Shown: positions 49,319 to 59,208 of the stretch, one piece after another
Position numbering within the stretch: position 1 is the first letter of the stretch
Layout: the number at the start of each line of letters is the position of its first letter
Assembly (NCBI GenBank): GCA_023247445.1
Contig: JAHFGL010000004.1
Coordinates: 72,968-136,967 of the forward strand
Direction: 5' to 3'
Length of the DNA stretch: 64,000 bases
Source: Candidatus Omnitrophota bacterium
GTDB taxonomy: Bacteria > Omnitrophota > Gorgyraeia > Zapsychrales > Zapsychraceae
The notes under the pieces: model-generated
What the model was told of the DNA's origin: nothing
The model's database searches: none
Seen by the model: only the letters and a program-made list of their open reading frames with translations
Program-made: the position numbers and the translations under genes

Positions 49319-50521
49319 ATGTTATTTCCTAATACAACATTAGATAAGTTTATTGGGCATCCCAACCGTCCCAAAGACATTACCTTTTGTACGAAATGCG
49401 TTGTCTCTAATCAGCGTCCACGGATTACTTTTAATAAAGATGGTGTTTGCAGCGCCTGTGGATTTGCCAATGAGAAACATCATGTCATCAATTGGAAAGA
49501 TCGTGAGGAACAGTTAGTGGCGCTTTTAGATAAATATCGTTCAAAAAATGGGGAATATGATTGTGTCGTTCCAGGAAGCGGGGGTAAAGACAGTAGCTAC
49601 ACCGCCCATCAACTAAAATATAAATATGGAATGCATCCTTTGACAGTTACCTGGGCTCCTTTTCTTTATACTGATATTGGTTGGCAGAATTATATTAATT
49701 TTAAAGATGCTGGATTTGAAAATCTATTATGTTTTCCAAACGGCATGATGCACCGCAAATTAGCGCGACTGGCTTTTGAGCTTTTAGGCGATGCGTGGGA
49801 ACCTTTTGCGTATGGTCAGAAAAGTTATGCCTTTCAGATTGCGGTTAAGTTTAATATTCCTTTAATTTTTTACGGAGAAAGTGGCGAAATTGAATATGGC
49901 GGTTCGTCTAAAAATAAAACCAAACCGTATGAAGACGTGGAGGATTGGAAGGATCTTTATTATAAAGGTTCGGGGTTGGATGATTTATTGGCTCACGGAC
50001 TTAAAGCCGGCCTTTTAACCGAAAAAGAAATTAAACAAACGTCGTTTGAGTTTTATAAACCGCCATCCGTTGAAAGTATTCGAAAACTCGGCATTCAGAT
50101 GCACTGGTTTTCGTATTATAAAAAATGGGTGCCGCAGGAAAATTATTATTACGCGACAGAACACACGGGATTTAAAGCCAATCCTGGGCGATCGGAAGGA
50201 ACCTATTCCAAATATGCAAGTTTAGATGATAAGACCGATGGCTTTCATTTTTATTTGGCGTATATTAAATTTGGGATTGCGCGCGCCACCTCAGATGCGG
50301 CGCATGAGATACGCGATGGTCATTTAACAAGAGAAGAAGGGGTTGCGTTGGTTCATCGTTATGATGGAGAATTTCCTCAGAAATATTTTAAAGAGTTTCT
50401 AGAGTATTTGAATATGACGGAAAAAGAATTCTGGGAAGTGATTGATTTTTACCGTTCTTTGTCTCCCCATGTGTGGCGTAGAAAAGATGGCCAATGGGAA
50501 TTAGTTAAAAAGGTTTCATAG
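49319..50521 (+). CDS. N-acetyl sugar amidotransferase (WbuX/PseA/PtmG family)
   Basis: FCTKCV.SNQRP, CSAC, SGGKDS, FYGE, KFG..RAT.DA...IR; AAGGAG RBS before ATG 49319. Confidence 0.9.
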   Translation: MLFPNTTLDKFIGHPNRPKDITFCTKCVVSNQRPRITFNKDGVCSACGFANEKHHVINWKDREEQLVALLDKYRSKNGEYDCVVPGSGGKDSSYTAHQLKYKYGMHPLTVTWAPFLYTDIGWQNYINFKDAGFENLLCFPNGMMHRKLARLAFELLGDAWEPFAYGQKSYAFQIAVKFNIPLIFYGESGEIEYGGSSKNKTKPYEDVEDWKDLYYKGSGLDDLLAHGLKAGLLTEKEIKQTSFEFYKPPSVESIRKLGIQMHWFSYYKKWVPQENYYYATEHTGFKANPGRSEGTYSKYASLDDKTDGFHFYLAYIKFGIARATSDAAHEIRDGHLTREEGVALVHRYDGEFPQKYFKEFLEYLNMTEKEFWEVIDFYRSLSPHVWRRKDGQWELVKKVS

Positions 50522-50685
50522 AGGGCTGAAACCTCTCTAAATTTCGTAGGTTACGGTAGGTTTTCTTATCGAGAAATGAAACGATTTTTAAGAAAAATAA
50601 CCTATGTTTTATGATGAAAAAATAGTACAATTAGGGTCAATAATTATATATAAAAGTATCAAATCTTATTTTAAGGGGTAGACCT

Positions 50686-52314
50686 ATGCAGAATAGGATC
50701 CAAGGTAAAAGAATTGATGGTGTTTTAGGTAATAATGAGCTGCGTGATTATTTGGCTAACAAAGAAGAGACCGCCGCCGTTGAGGTTGTCAAATCCAGTC
50801 AAGATCTCTATCAATACCAAAAACCTTTTACACGTCCAATCCAAACATTGCTCATTGCGCCGCCAATTACGATCCCGCGCAATATGCAAAAAAGGTGCAT
50901 TCCTCCTTTAGGGTTAAGTTATATTGCCGCCTCAATTGAAAAAGCTGGTTTAAATGTCAAGATGCTCGATGCCATGATTGAAGGTTATCATCATGATGAG
51001 TTTAATGGCAATCTTATGACCTATGGCCTTTCGATGCAGCAGTTAGAGGATCGACTTCGTCAAATGCCGGTCGCCCCCGATGTTATTGGTACATCGGTAT
51101 TATTCTCAACGGATTTACATAATCTTTATAACGTTGCTAAGGTGATCAAGAGAGTCTTTCCAGAAAGCATCATGATTGTTGGCGGACTTCATCCAACAAT
51201 TTATCCCAAAGAAATTTTTGAAATTGATGAGCAGATAAATGGAAAGAATCGCACCGTTGATTTTGTCATCCGCGGCGAAGGAGAAGTACGTTTTGTTGAG
51301 TTTATTAAGCTGATGCAAAAAGGCTTGATTGATCGAAAAGGCGATGGATTAGTTGGTTATCTTAATGGCGAGTTTTTCTGTAACCATCAAAAGGGAACAA
51401 TTGAAAATATCGATTCCTTACCTTTTCCCGCCTATCATTTACTTCCCATGGAAAAATATTTAAGTATCAATATCCCATTTTCACCGGTTCCGCAAGGAAA
51501 TCGCGTGGCCCAAATTCTAACTTCGCGGGGTTGCCCGATTGGATGCAGTTTTTGTGCGAGTACGAATATGTATAAAAGATATCGTCATCGTTCGGTTGAA
51601 AATATTATGCAGGAGATATTTCAGCTTAAAGAAAGATACGATATTGATGAAATTCAATTTGCCGACGATAATTTAACATTAAATCGTGAACATTCGATTC
51701 AGTTTTTTAATGAACTAAAAAAAGCTGGCCTAAAATGGTGTACGCCCAACGGGACCATGATCAATACGTTGACGCCGGATCTTTTGGATTTAATGGCTCA
51801 ATCGGGTTTGTATCAGATTACGTTGTCTGTTGATAGCGCTAATGCCAAGACCCTTAAAAACCTTCATCATAAACCGGTTAATTTAAACAGTATTCCGGGG
51901 CTTATTGCCAAAGCGAAAGAATATGGCATCTTTACGCATGGAACGCTTGTTGTCGGAATGCCAGGGGAAACAATTGATGATGTGAAAGAAGGTTTTGATT
52001 ATGTCAAAAGCAACTTGGGTTTTACCAGTATTTCAACATTTATCGCGGCCGCTATTCCCGGATCAGAGCTTTATCATCAATCATTAGACAAAGGATTAAT
52101 TACTCGAGAAGAGGCGCGGATGATTGATACGACAAAAAATAAAATTCATTTGTCGGAGATGAATCCAGAAGTTTTAGAAACCATGGTCATGGATTTTCAG
52201 GCAGAGTTTACGGAGATTGCTAAGAACCGTGATCCCGAAGAATATTATCGTAAATATAAAAAATTAATTGAATCAGGTCGATTAAAGGGCGCCTATGGGG
52301 GACGTTTAACATGA
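50686..52314 (+). CDS. Cobalamin-dependent radical SAM enzyme (class B methyltransferase-like) 1
   Basis: PPLGLSYIAA, GGLHPT and RGEGE (B12 domain); TSRGCPIGCSFC (CxxxCxxC); FADDNLT; GMPGET. Confidence 0.9.
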   Translation: MQNRIQGKRIDGVLGNNELRDYLANKEETAAVEVVKSSQDLYQYQKPFTRPIQTLLIAPPITIPRNMQKRCIPPLGLSYIAASIEKAGLNVKMLDAMIEGYHHDEFNGNLMTYGLSMQQLEDRLRQMPVAPDVIGTSVLFSTDLHNLYNVAKVIKRVFPESIMIVGGLHPTIYPKEIFEIDEQINGKNRTVDFVIRGEGEVRFVEFIKLMQKGLIDRKGDGLVGYLNGEFFCNHQKGTIENIDSLPFPAYHLLPMEKYLSINIPFSPVPQGNRVAQILTSRGCPIGCSFCASTNMYKRYRHRSVENIMQEIFQLKERYDIDEIQFADDNLTLNREHSIQFFNELKKAGLKWCTPNGTMINTLTPDLLDLMAQSGLYQITLSVDSANAKTLKNLHHKPVNLNSIPGLIAKAKEYGIFTHGTLVVGMPGETIDDVKEGFDYVKSNLGFTSISTFIAAAIPGSELYHQSLDKGLITREEARMIDTTKNKIHLSEMNPEVLETMVMDFQAEFTEIAKNRDPEEYYRKYKKLIESGRLKGAYGGRLT

Positions 52315-53063
52315 GTTTGTCCATGGTCAGAGCGCAAAATTTAAAATTCGCTGAGAGTTTTGATGTTGTAAAAAAACATTTTATGCGGGAAGGATTTTAT
52401 TCGACCGCCATAACGGAATGCGTATATGATCTTATTACATATTATTTTGCGCCAATTATCCTTAAATTAAAATTGAGCTTAAATGACATTTCTCTTATAA
52501 GAATTGCTTTAGTTATTTCTTGTGTGTTATTTACAATTTTTGGTGGGCTTGAGGGTTGGCGGATAGGTTTTCTACTTTTCTTTATCGCTAATATTCTAGA
52601 TTATGTCGATGGGCGGGTTGCTCGGGCAACCAGTAAAGGGACTTATTTTGGTCACTTTATTGATGGATTAATTGATATCGCTTCTGAAACCATGATTCGC
52701 TTTGCGTTAGCTTGGGGAATCTATCATCAGTTTGGGTTTACCCCGTTATTTTGGTTAGGAATTCTAAGTATGATGTTAACATCATTTCATATTTTTCTTT
52801 ATGACCGTTATTCAGCTTTTGCCCGATGGATAAGCTCGACAAATAATATGAATATTTCCCCTGTTCTGCAGAGAAAAGGCCTTTTAAAACCTCAAAATGT
52901 AATGTGGGATTTAGAATGGTTATCTTTGTTTTTTTCTTTGGCTTTTTTTGTGCAAGCAATTTGGATCTATTTTATTTTAAGTCTGATTCACCAGGTGTTT
53001 TTTATTACCTATATTATAAACGGAGCCCATGACAACATGAGAGTTCCTAATGAGGCCCATTAA
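52311..53063 (+). CDS. CDP-alcohol phosphatidyltransferase family membrane protein
   Basis: DYVDGRVARAT...T.FG.FIDG..D signature. Confidence 0.85.
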   Translation: MSLSMVRAQNLKFAESFDVVKKHFMREGFYSTAITECVYDLITYYFAPIILKLKLSLNDISLIRIALVISCVLFTIFGGLEGWRIGFLLFFIANILDYVDGRVARATSKGTYFGHFIDGLIDIASETMIRFALAWGIYHQFGFTPLFWLGILSMMLTSFHIFLYDRYSAFARWISSTNNMNISPVLQRKGLLKPQNVMWDLEWLSLFFSLAFFVQAIWIYFILSLIHQVFFITYIINGAHDNMRVPNEAH

Positions 53064-53080
53064 AATTGTGAGAAGAAAAT

Positions 53081-54757
53081 ATGATAAAGACAAAAAAACT
53101 TCGTAAATTATTTAACGACAAAGAAGTCATTTATGTGATGGGTGCGCATAATGGATTAAGCGCCAAACTAGTCGAGCAAAGTGGTTATGATGCTGTTTGG
53201 GCCAGCGGGCTTGAGATATCAGCTTCTTACGCGGTTCCCGATGCCAATATTTTAACGATGACTCAGTACTTAGAAAAGTCATCAGAGATGAATGAAGCGG
53301 GATCTCTACCTATTGTCAGCGACTGTGATACGGGTTATGGAAATTCGAATAATGTTATTTATCTTGTTAAGAAATATGAATCCGCCGGAATTGCTGCTAT
53401 TTGTTTGGAAGATAAACTTTTTCCTAAGGTGAATAGTTTTATTGGTGGTCGGCAAGAGTTGGCCCCCATTGCAGAATTTGTCGGAAAGATCATGGCGGCA
53501 AAAAATACTCAACGTGATGAAAATTTTATGGTGATTGCTCGTGTTGAAGCTTTGATTGCGGGTTGGGGGGAACGCGAAGCTTTATTAAGAGCGGAAAAGT
53601 ATGTTGAAGCAGGCGCCGATGCGATTTTAATTCATTCGAAGAGAACGGATCCTGATGAGATTATCAGCTTTGCCAAGAAATGGGACAAACGTGCTCCTTT
53701 GGTTGTGGTTCCGACCACTTATCCCTCTTTAATGCAGAATTTTTCTGACACAGATTTATCTGGTTTAGGAATCAAAATGGTCATTTTTGCCAATCAAGGC
53801 ATTCGTGCTTCAATTAAAGCGATGGGAAAAATTATGTCAGATATGCGACAGTCTCGAGGGGCTGTTTCCGTTGAGAAAGAAGTCGCTACATTAAAAGAGG
53901 TTTTTGAATTGCAGGGAATGATCCAAATGAAAGATAGTGAAAAGAAATTCCTTAAATCTGAAAATAGTGATTTCAACGTGATTATTCTTGCGGCCGGAGC
54001 CCCTCAGCATGGAGATGATCTTGAGCCTTTGCTACGTGATCGTCCTGTCGCGCTTCTCGATATTAATGGCCAGTCGCTTATTAAACGTAACCTTGAAACA
54101 TTATCGCGATTTAGCGTCAATGAAGTTTGTGTTGTGACTGGTTATTGTAGTGAACAGTTTAATTTACCGGACGCAACTTTAATCCACAACCCAGATTACG
54201 AAGGTAAGAATGTTTTACATTCTATCGTCGCGGCTGAAGAGAAATTAAAAGGCAAGACACTACTGGCTTATGCGGATATTCTTTTTGATCGGGGCATTAT
54301 TGAAAAGCTTTTAAAGTGCGATGAAGACATTGTTTTGGTTGGTGATGCTACATTTAAGAAAGTGAATATGAATAACCGCCGAAAAGACTTTCTTGTGACC
54401 GATGAGATGCCCAAGATCACGTATCGCTCGATTGATCTTAATAAATTAAAATGTATCCGAAAAATTGGTGGTGATACTCTTCCTGAAGAAGCGCATTATG
54501 AATTTGTGGGATTGGCGCTTCTTAGTGATCGTGGGTCAAAGATATTTAAAGAAATGTATCACACCATGGCTAAAGAAAATAAGATGGAGATTCTTAACGA
54601 CAAAATTACAATTAACGATGTCTTTCAGGAAATTATTAATCGAAATATCCCCATATCAATGTTAGAGGTTAATTCGGGCTGGATTGAGATTCAGACATTT
54701 GAAAATTATAAAACAGCTTGTTATTTGCTTTCTCCACAGACAGAAGGAACCAGATGA
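53081..54757 (+). CDS. pepM: Phosphoenolpyruvate mutase fused to a C-terminal LicC/PntC-like nucleotidyltransferase
   Basis: PepM-specific EDKLFPKVNS (EDKx5NS), DCDTGYG, ARVEA; C-terminal ILAAG...VVTGY...YADI...W.EI. Confidence 0.93.
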   Translation: MIKTKKLRKLFNDKEVIYVMGAHNGLSAKLVEQSGYDAVWASGLEISASYAVPDANILTMTQYLEKSSEMNEAGSLPIVSDCDTGYGNSNNVIYLVKKYESAGIAAICLEDKLFPKVNSFIGGRQELAPIAEFVGKIMAAKNTQRDENFMVIARVEALIAGWGEREALLRAEKYVEAGADAILIHSKRTDPDEIISFAKKWDKRAPLVVVPTTYPSLMQNFSDTDLSGLGIKMVIFANQGIRASIKAMGKIMSDMRQSRGAVSVEKEVATLKEVFELQGMIQMKDSEKKFLKSENSDFNVIILAAGAPQHGDDLEPLLRDRPVALLDINGQSLIKRNLETLSRFSVNEVCVVTGYCSEQFNLPDATLIHNPDYEGKNVLHSIVAAEEKLKGKTLLAYADILFDRGIIEKLLKCDEDIVLVGDATFKKVNMNNRRKDFLVTDEMPKITYRSIDLNKLKCIRKIGGDTLPEEAHYEFVGLALLSDRGSKIFKEMYHTMAKENKMEILNDKITINDVFQEIINRNIPISMLEVNSGWIEIQTFENYKTACYLLSPQTEGTR

Positions 54758-55524
54758 TAAAAACTGTGATAACGGCTGTTATTCTAGCAGCGGGATTAGG
54801 GAGACGATTAAAAGAACTTGGGCACAATGCCCCGAAAGGATTTTTGAAGTTTGGGGAAAAGCCAATTATTGAAGAGTCCATTGAAAAGCTTCTTGAGTCA
54901 GGAATAACCCAGATTATTTTGGTCACAGGATTTTTAAGCGAGTTTTATGAAGATTTTGCTTCTAAGTATCCAGAAGTAAAAATTGTAAAAAATGAGCGAT
55001 ATGCGACTTCGGGAAGTATGTATTCCTTATTTTGTGCCCGCGCATTGATTAATAAAGATTTCTTGTTAGTTGAATCCGATCTTATTTACGAGCGATTAGC
55101 CTTAGAAACACTTTTGCAGTCTGTGAAAGAGAATTGTCTTTTGGTTTGTGGAGAAACAGAATTTGGTGATGAGGTTCATGTTGAGGTATTAAACGGCTGC
55201 GTCTCTAAGATTTCAAAAAAGAGAGAAGAGGTTAAGAACGTTTATGGAGAATTTATTGGGATTTCGAAAATTTCTTTTCCCATGTATCAAGTGATGCTAA
55301 GAGAATGCGAAAAATTATTTCAGAAGGATCTAAACATCGAATACGATACCGGATGTATTTCTGCTTTAGCCAATCAAGTTAAAGTTGGCGCCGAGAAAGT
55401 TGAAGATCTTCTCTGGTCAGAGATTGATAACAAAGAACAATGGCAACGGGTTCAAAAAATTATTTATCCCGCCATCCAAAGCAAAGATGGTCAGGCTCAG
55501 GTTGATTTAAGGAAAAAATGCTAA
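54754..55524 (+). CDS. Phosphocholine/phosphonate cytidylyltransferase (LicC/PntC family)
   Basis: AVILAAGLGRRL, PKG, GSMYSL, ESDLIYE, WSEID; ATG overlaps the pepM stop. Confidence 0.87.
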   Translation: MIKTVITAVILAAGLGRRLKELGHNAPKGFLKFGEKPIIEESIEKLLESGITQIILVTGFLSEFYEDFASKYPEVKIVKNERYATSGSMYSLFCARALINKDFLLVESDLIYERLALETLLQSVKENCLLVCGETEFGDEVHVEVLNGCVSKISKKREEVKNVYGEFIGISKISFPMYQVMLRECEKLFQKDLNIEYDTGCISALANQVKVGAEKVEDLLWSEIDNKEQWQRVQKIIYPAIQSKDGQAQVDLRKKC

Positions 55525-56681
55525 ACACAAAATTATTTGGTCAAGAATTAAAAACGTATGGATTTAACTTCTTTTCCGGCGTTCCATGTTCTTTTTTAAA
55601 AGACCTTATTAATTATGCGATTAATGATTTGCGTTATGTCGCGGCCGCTAACGAAGGCGATGCCGTTGCCATTGCGGCAGGCGCTTATCTTGGCGGCATT
55701 AAATCCGCGGTCCTCATGCAAAATTCTGGATTAACGAATGCGACCTCACCATTAACATCATTGGTTTATACTTTTAAGATTCCGATTTTGGGGTTTGTTA
55801 GTCTTCGGGGAGAAACAGGAATTACTGATGAACCGCAGCACGAACTTATGGGAACGATAACAACCAAGTTTTTAGATACAATGCAAATTCCATGGGCATT
55901 TCTTTCTGACCAAATCGAAGAAGCGCGAGAGCAATTAAAGCAGGCCAACGCTTTTATTGAAGAGAATAAGCCATTTTTCTTTGTTGTGCGCAAGGGAACC
56001 TTTGAGCAAGAATCTCTTAAAGCCCGGACGATCCCTTCTGTTAAAAATAATCGAAAGGTTTTAGAATCAAAATCTAGTCATCTTGTTAGCCGTAACGACG
56101 CTTTAACTGAGATTCATAAAATTAAGGATGACGACACTGTTTTTTTGGCAACGACGGGAGTAACGGGAAGAGAGCTTTATGAGATTGATGATGCGGAAAA
56201 TAATCTTTACATGGTTGGATCCATGGGATGTGTCAGTTCATTAGGATTAGGCCTGGCGCTGGCTACGCCGCAAAAAAAAGTTGTGGTCATTGATGGCGAT
56301 GGATCTTTACTCATGCGGATGGGAGCACTCGCGACTAACGCAGCGTATGGGCCAAAAAATTTATTGCATATTACTTTGGATAACGGGATTCATGATTCAA
56401 CGGGCGGACAAGACACCGCTTCTCTAAATCTGAGTTTTGTCGAAATTACGGCCGCCTGTGGTTATGATCAAGCCTTATATGCTCACGATCTTGATGAATT
56501 AAAAAAATATATCAATCAATGGAAAAGTAATCCGGCATTAACTTTTATTCATTTAAAGATTAAGAAAGGGACAAGAGAAGATTTGTCTCGTCCTAAAATT
56601 AAACCTTTTGAAGTTAAGAATCGGTTAATGAAATTTTTAATCAAGAAGAGTAACGTTTTGCATTCACAACATGCAAAATGA
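55518..56681 (+). CDS. ppd: Phosphonopyruvate decarboxylase
   Basis: FSGVPCS.LK, ANEG.A, MQNSG..N, DEPQH, MVGSMG, DGDGS.LM (ThDP); next to pepM. Confidence 0.93.
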   Translation: MLNTKLFGQELKTYGFNFFSGVPCSFLKDLINYAINDLRYVAAANEGDAVAIAAGAYLGGIKSAVLMQNSGLTNATSPLTSLVYTFKIPILGFVSLRGETGITDEPQHELMGTITTKFLDTMQIPWAFLSDQIEEAREQLKQANAFIEENKPFFFVVRKGTFEQESLKARTIPSVKNNRKVLESKSSHLVSRNDALTEIHKIKDDDTVFLATTGVTGRELYEIDDAENNLYMVGSMGCVSSLGLGLALATPQKKVVVIDGDGSLLMRMGALATNAAYGPKNLLHITLDNGIHDSTGGQDTASLNLSFVEITAACGYDQALYAHDLDELKKYINQWKSNPALTFIHLKIKKGTREDLSRPKIKPFEVKNRLMKFLIKKSNVLHSQHAK

Positions 56682-56692
56682 AAGGAGATTTT

Positions 56693-58378
56693 ATGGAGCA
56701 AGCTCCTGAAGTATCTTCAAAAATTCGCAATCCTGTTTTAGAAAAAAATATTCCCGAAGATAGTGGACTGCGTGAATATTTGGCTGGTAAGGAAGAGACG
56801 GGTTTTGTTAAAGCCTCTATCAGAACGACAAATCTTATCCGCACTCATGAAGGTAGCGATAACTGGCCACGAACACTTTTACTTATGCCTCCGATTACTT
56901 TGTCGGAAGGAACGGTTAAACGAGTTATTCCGCCGTTAGGCTTAGCTTATATTGGGGGATACTTAGAGTCACAAAATATTCCCTTTGATATTCTTGACTG
57001 CGTGGTTGAGGCCTTGCACGAAGAACGTTTGATTAGTGATAAAACATGGCAATATGGGATGTCGTATGATCAAATTCGGAAATATATCGAAAATTATAAA
57101 CCGGATATTTTGGGCCTTTCCATCATGTATTCGTCAGATCTACATGCCCTTTATGAGGTGGCTCAAATTGCCAAGGAAATTAATCCTAAGATAATAACGA
57201 TTGGGGGAGGGATTCATCTTTCAATTTACCCCAAAGAAGTTTTAAATGAAAGTTTGATTGATGGAAAGCCAACCCTGGATTATCTTATCCGTGGGGAAGG
57301 TGAAATCCGTCTCGCCGAGTTTATTAAAAATTATAAACAAGGACTGATAGATATTAATGCGGATGGTTTATGTGGTTGGAATAATGGCAAAATTTTTCTA
57401 AATCCTCAAGTTGAAACAATCAAAAATTTAGACGACATGCCTTTCCCCGCTTATCATCGATTGCCGATGGAAAAATATTTTGAGTGGAATGTTCCGTTTT
57501 CTCCATATCCTCGAGGGAAAAGAGTTATGCAACTTTATACCTCCCGCGGATGTCCGGTTGGCTGTACGTTTTGCGCCAGTACCAATTTCAATAAAGCTTA
57601 TCGTGGGCGTTCTCCAGAAAATATCATCAAGGAAATTAAATATTATCAGGAAGTCTACAATATTGATGAAATTCAATTTGCTGATGATAATTTAACTTTT
57701 GATCGAACGCGGTCCATGGAGTTCTTTGAACTCTTGAAAGATTGTAACCTCCCTTGGTGTACACCCAATGGAACGATGGTCAATACGTTGACAGAAGAAG
57801 TGCTGGAGAAAATGATTGCTTCAGGTCTTTATCAAGTCACCCTTTCTTTAGACAGTGGTAGTGTTAAGACCTTAAAGCAGTTTCATCGAAAGCCTGTAAA
57901 CCTACAAAAGGTCCCGGGGTTAATTGCTTATTTAAAACCTAGGGGTATTTTAAGTCATGGGACAATTGTTGTTGGGATGCCAGGAGAAACGATTGCGGAC
58001 ATTGAAGAAGGTTTTGATTATACCCGTAATTTAGCCTTAGACAGCGTCGCTGTTTTTATTGCTCAGGCCTTGCCAGGTTCTGAGCTTTATGAAAAGGCTA
58101 TCGCGAGTGGCACCATTGATCGTTTTAAGGCCCGCATCATTGATACGCAGCAAAATTTAATTAATCTTTCTGATGTTCCCCGGGAATATCTTGAAAGACG
58201 TGTGAGGGAATTTGTCGCTGAATTTAATCAGGTTGTTCGTAAAAACGATCCTGAAACTTTTGATAAGAAATACGCAAAGCATAAGGACCGTCTAAGACAA
58301 ATTTGTATTGGAATGGCTCATCATAATGTAGACGGCATACTTAAAGCCTATGAGTCATCGCCGGTAGAAACAGTTTAA
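56693..58378 (+). CDS. Cobalamin-dependent radical SAM enzyme (class B methyltransferase-like) 2
   Basis: PPLGLAYI, GGIH, RGEGE, TSRGCPVGCTFC, FADDNLT; close paralogue of 50686-52314; AAGGAG RBS before ATG 56693. Confidence 0.9.
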   Translation: MEQAPEVSSKIRNPVLEKNIPEDSGLREYLAGKEETGFVKASIRTTNLIRTHEGSDNWPRTLLLMPPITLSEGTVKRVIPPLGLAYIGGYLESQNIPFDILDCVVEALHEERLISDKTWQYGMSYDQIRKYIENYKPDILGLSIMYSSDLHALYEVAQIAKEINPKIITIGGGIHLSIYPKEVLNESLIDGKPTLDYLIRGEGEIRLAEFIKNYKQGLIDINADGLCGWNNGKIFLNPQVETIKNLDDMPFPAYHRLPMEKYFEWNVPFSPYPRGKRVMQLYTSRGCPVGCTFCASTNFNKAYRGRSPENIIKEIKYYQEVYNIDEIQFADDNLTFDRTRSMEFFELLKDCNLPWCTPNGTMVNTLTEEVLEKMIASGLYQVTLSLDSGSVKTLKQFHRKPVNLQKVPGLIAYLKPRGILSHGTIVVGMPGETIADIEEGFDYTRNLALDSVAVFIAQALPGSELYEKAIASGTIDRFKARIIDTQQNLINLSDVPREYLERRVREFVAEFNQVVRKNDPETFDKKYAKHKDRLRQICIGMAHHNVDGILKAYESSPVETV

Positions 58379-58419
58379 AAAAGAAAATAAACAATATAGT
58401 TAAAAAGGGGGATTGAAGT

Positions 58420-59193
58420 ATGCTCAAAACAAATTATTTTACCAAGTCGGAGTTAGAAGCGTATGACAGGGATGGATTTATCCTTGTTAAAAACTTTTTT
58501 GATGCCGAGAAATTAAAACACGTTATTAAGATGGTGGATGAATTAATCGCGATGCCTGATAGGGTTGGATTCATTTGGAAGTTTTACGAAGATTTATCAT
58601 CAAATGGAGCAGGTAAAATTCTAGATCGTATTGAGAATTATACTTTTTTGGTTGATGGATGGAAGGGGCTTATCGCTGAAGGAGAATTGCGAGATCGTTC
58701 TTCGGAGCTTTTTGGTGAAGACGCAATTCTATTTAAGGATAAAATTAATTTTAAATATCCTGGTGGACGAGGATTTAAACCTCATCAAGATATGCATGGT
58801 GATTGGCAGATTTATGCCGAGAAATTTTTGACAGCATCAATTGCCTTAGATCGATGCACTATTGAAAATGGATGTCTTTATGTTTCCGCAGGTGATCATA
58901 AAAGAGGCCTTTTTGGAAAAATGTGGGAACCAATTCCTGATGAGTTATTAAAGAAAGAAAATATTAAGTGGATTCCATTAGAAATGGAAGCGGGAGATGT
59001 GGCCTTTTTTGATGCTTATACGCCTCATTATTCAGAGCGTAATTTAAGTAAAATCCGTCGAGCCATGATCCATTTAACTTATAATAATAAAACCGCTGGC
59101 GATTTTTATCAAAAGCATCTTGATGATAAAAGAGTGAACTATCCTCCGGATATCGAGCGAAAAGAAGGTAAAAGCTATGTTTATCGTGTCTAA
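58420..59193 (+). CDS. PhyH family Fe(II)/2-oxoglutarate dioxygenase, PhnY (AEP hydroxylase)-like
   Basis: LFKDKINFKYPGG.GF.PHQD (HxD), ENGCL, GDV.FF..YTPH.S..N....RR. Confidence 0.8.
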   Translation: MLKTNYFTKSELEAYDRDGFILVKNFFDAEKLKHVIKMVDELIAMPDRVGFIWKFYEDLSSNGAGKILDRIENYTFLVDGWKGLIAEGELRDRSSELFGEDAILFKDKINFKYPGGRGFKPHQDMHGDWQIYAEKFLTASIALDRCTIENGCLYVSAGDHKRGLFGKMWEPIPDELLKKENIKWIPLEMEAGDVAFFDAYTPHYSERNLSKIRRAMIHLTYNNKTAGDFYQKHLDDKRVNYPPDIERKEGKSYVYRV

Positions 59194-59208
59194 AACATAA
59201 CTTTTAAT

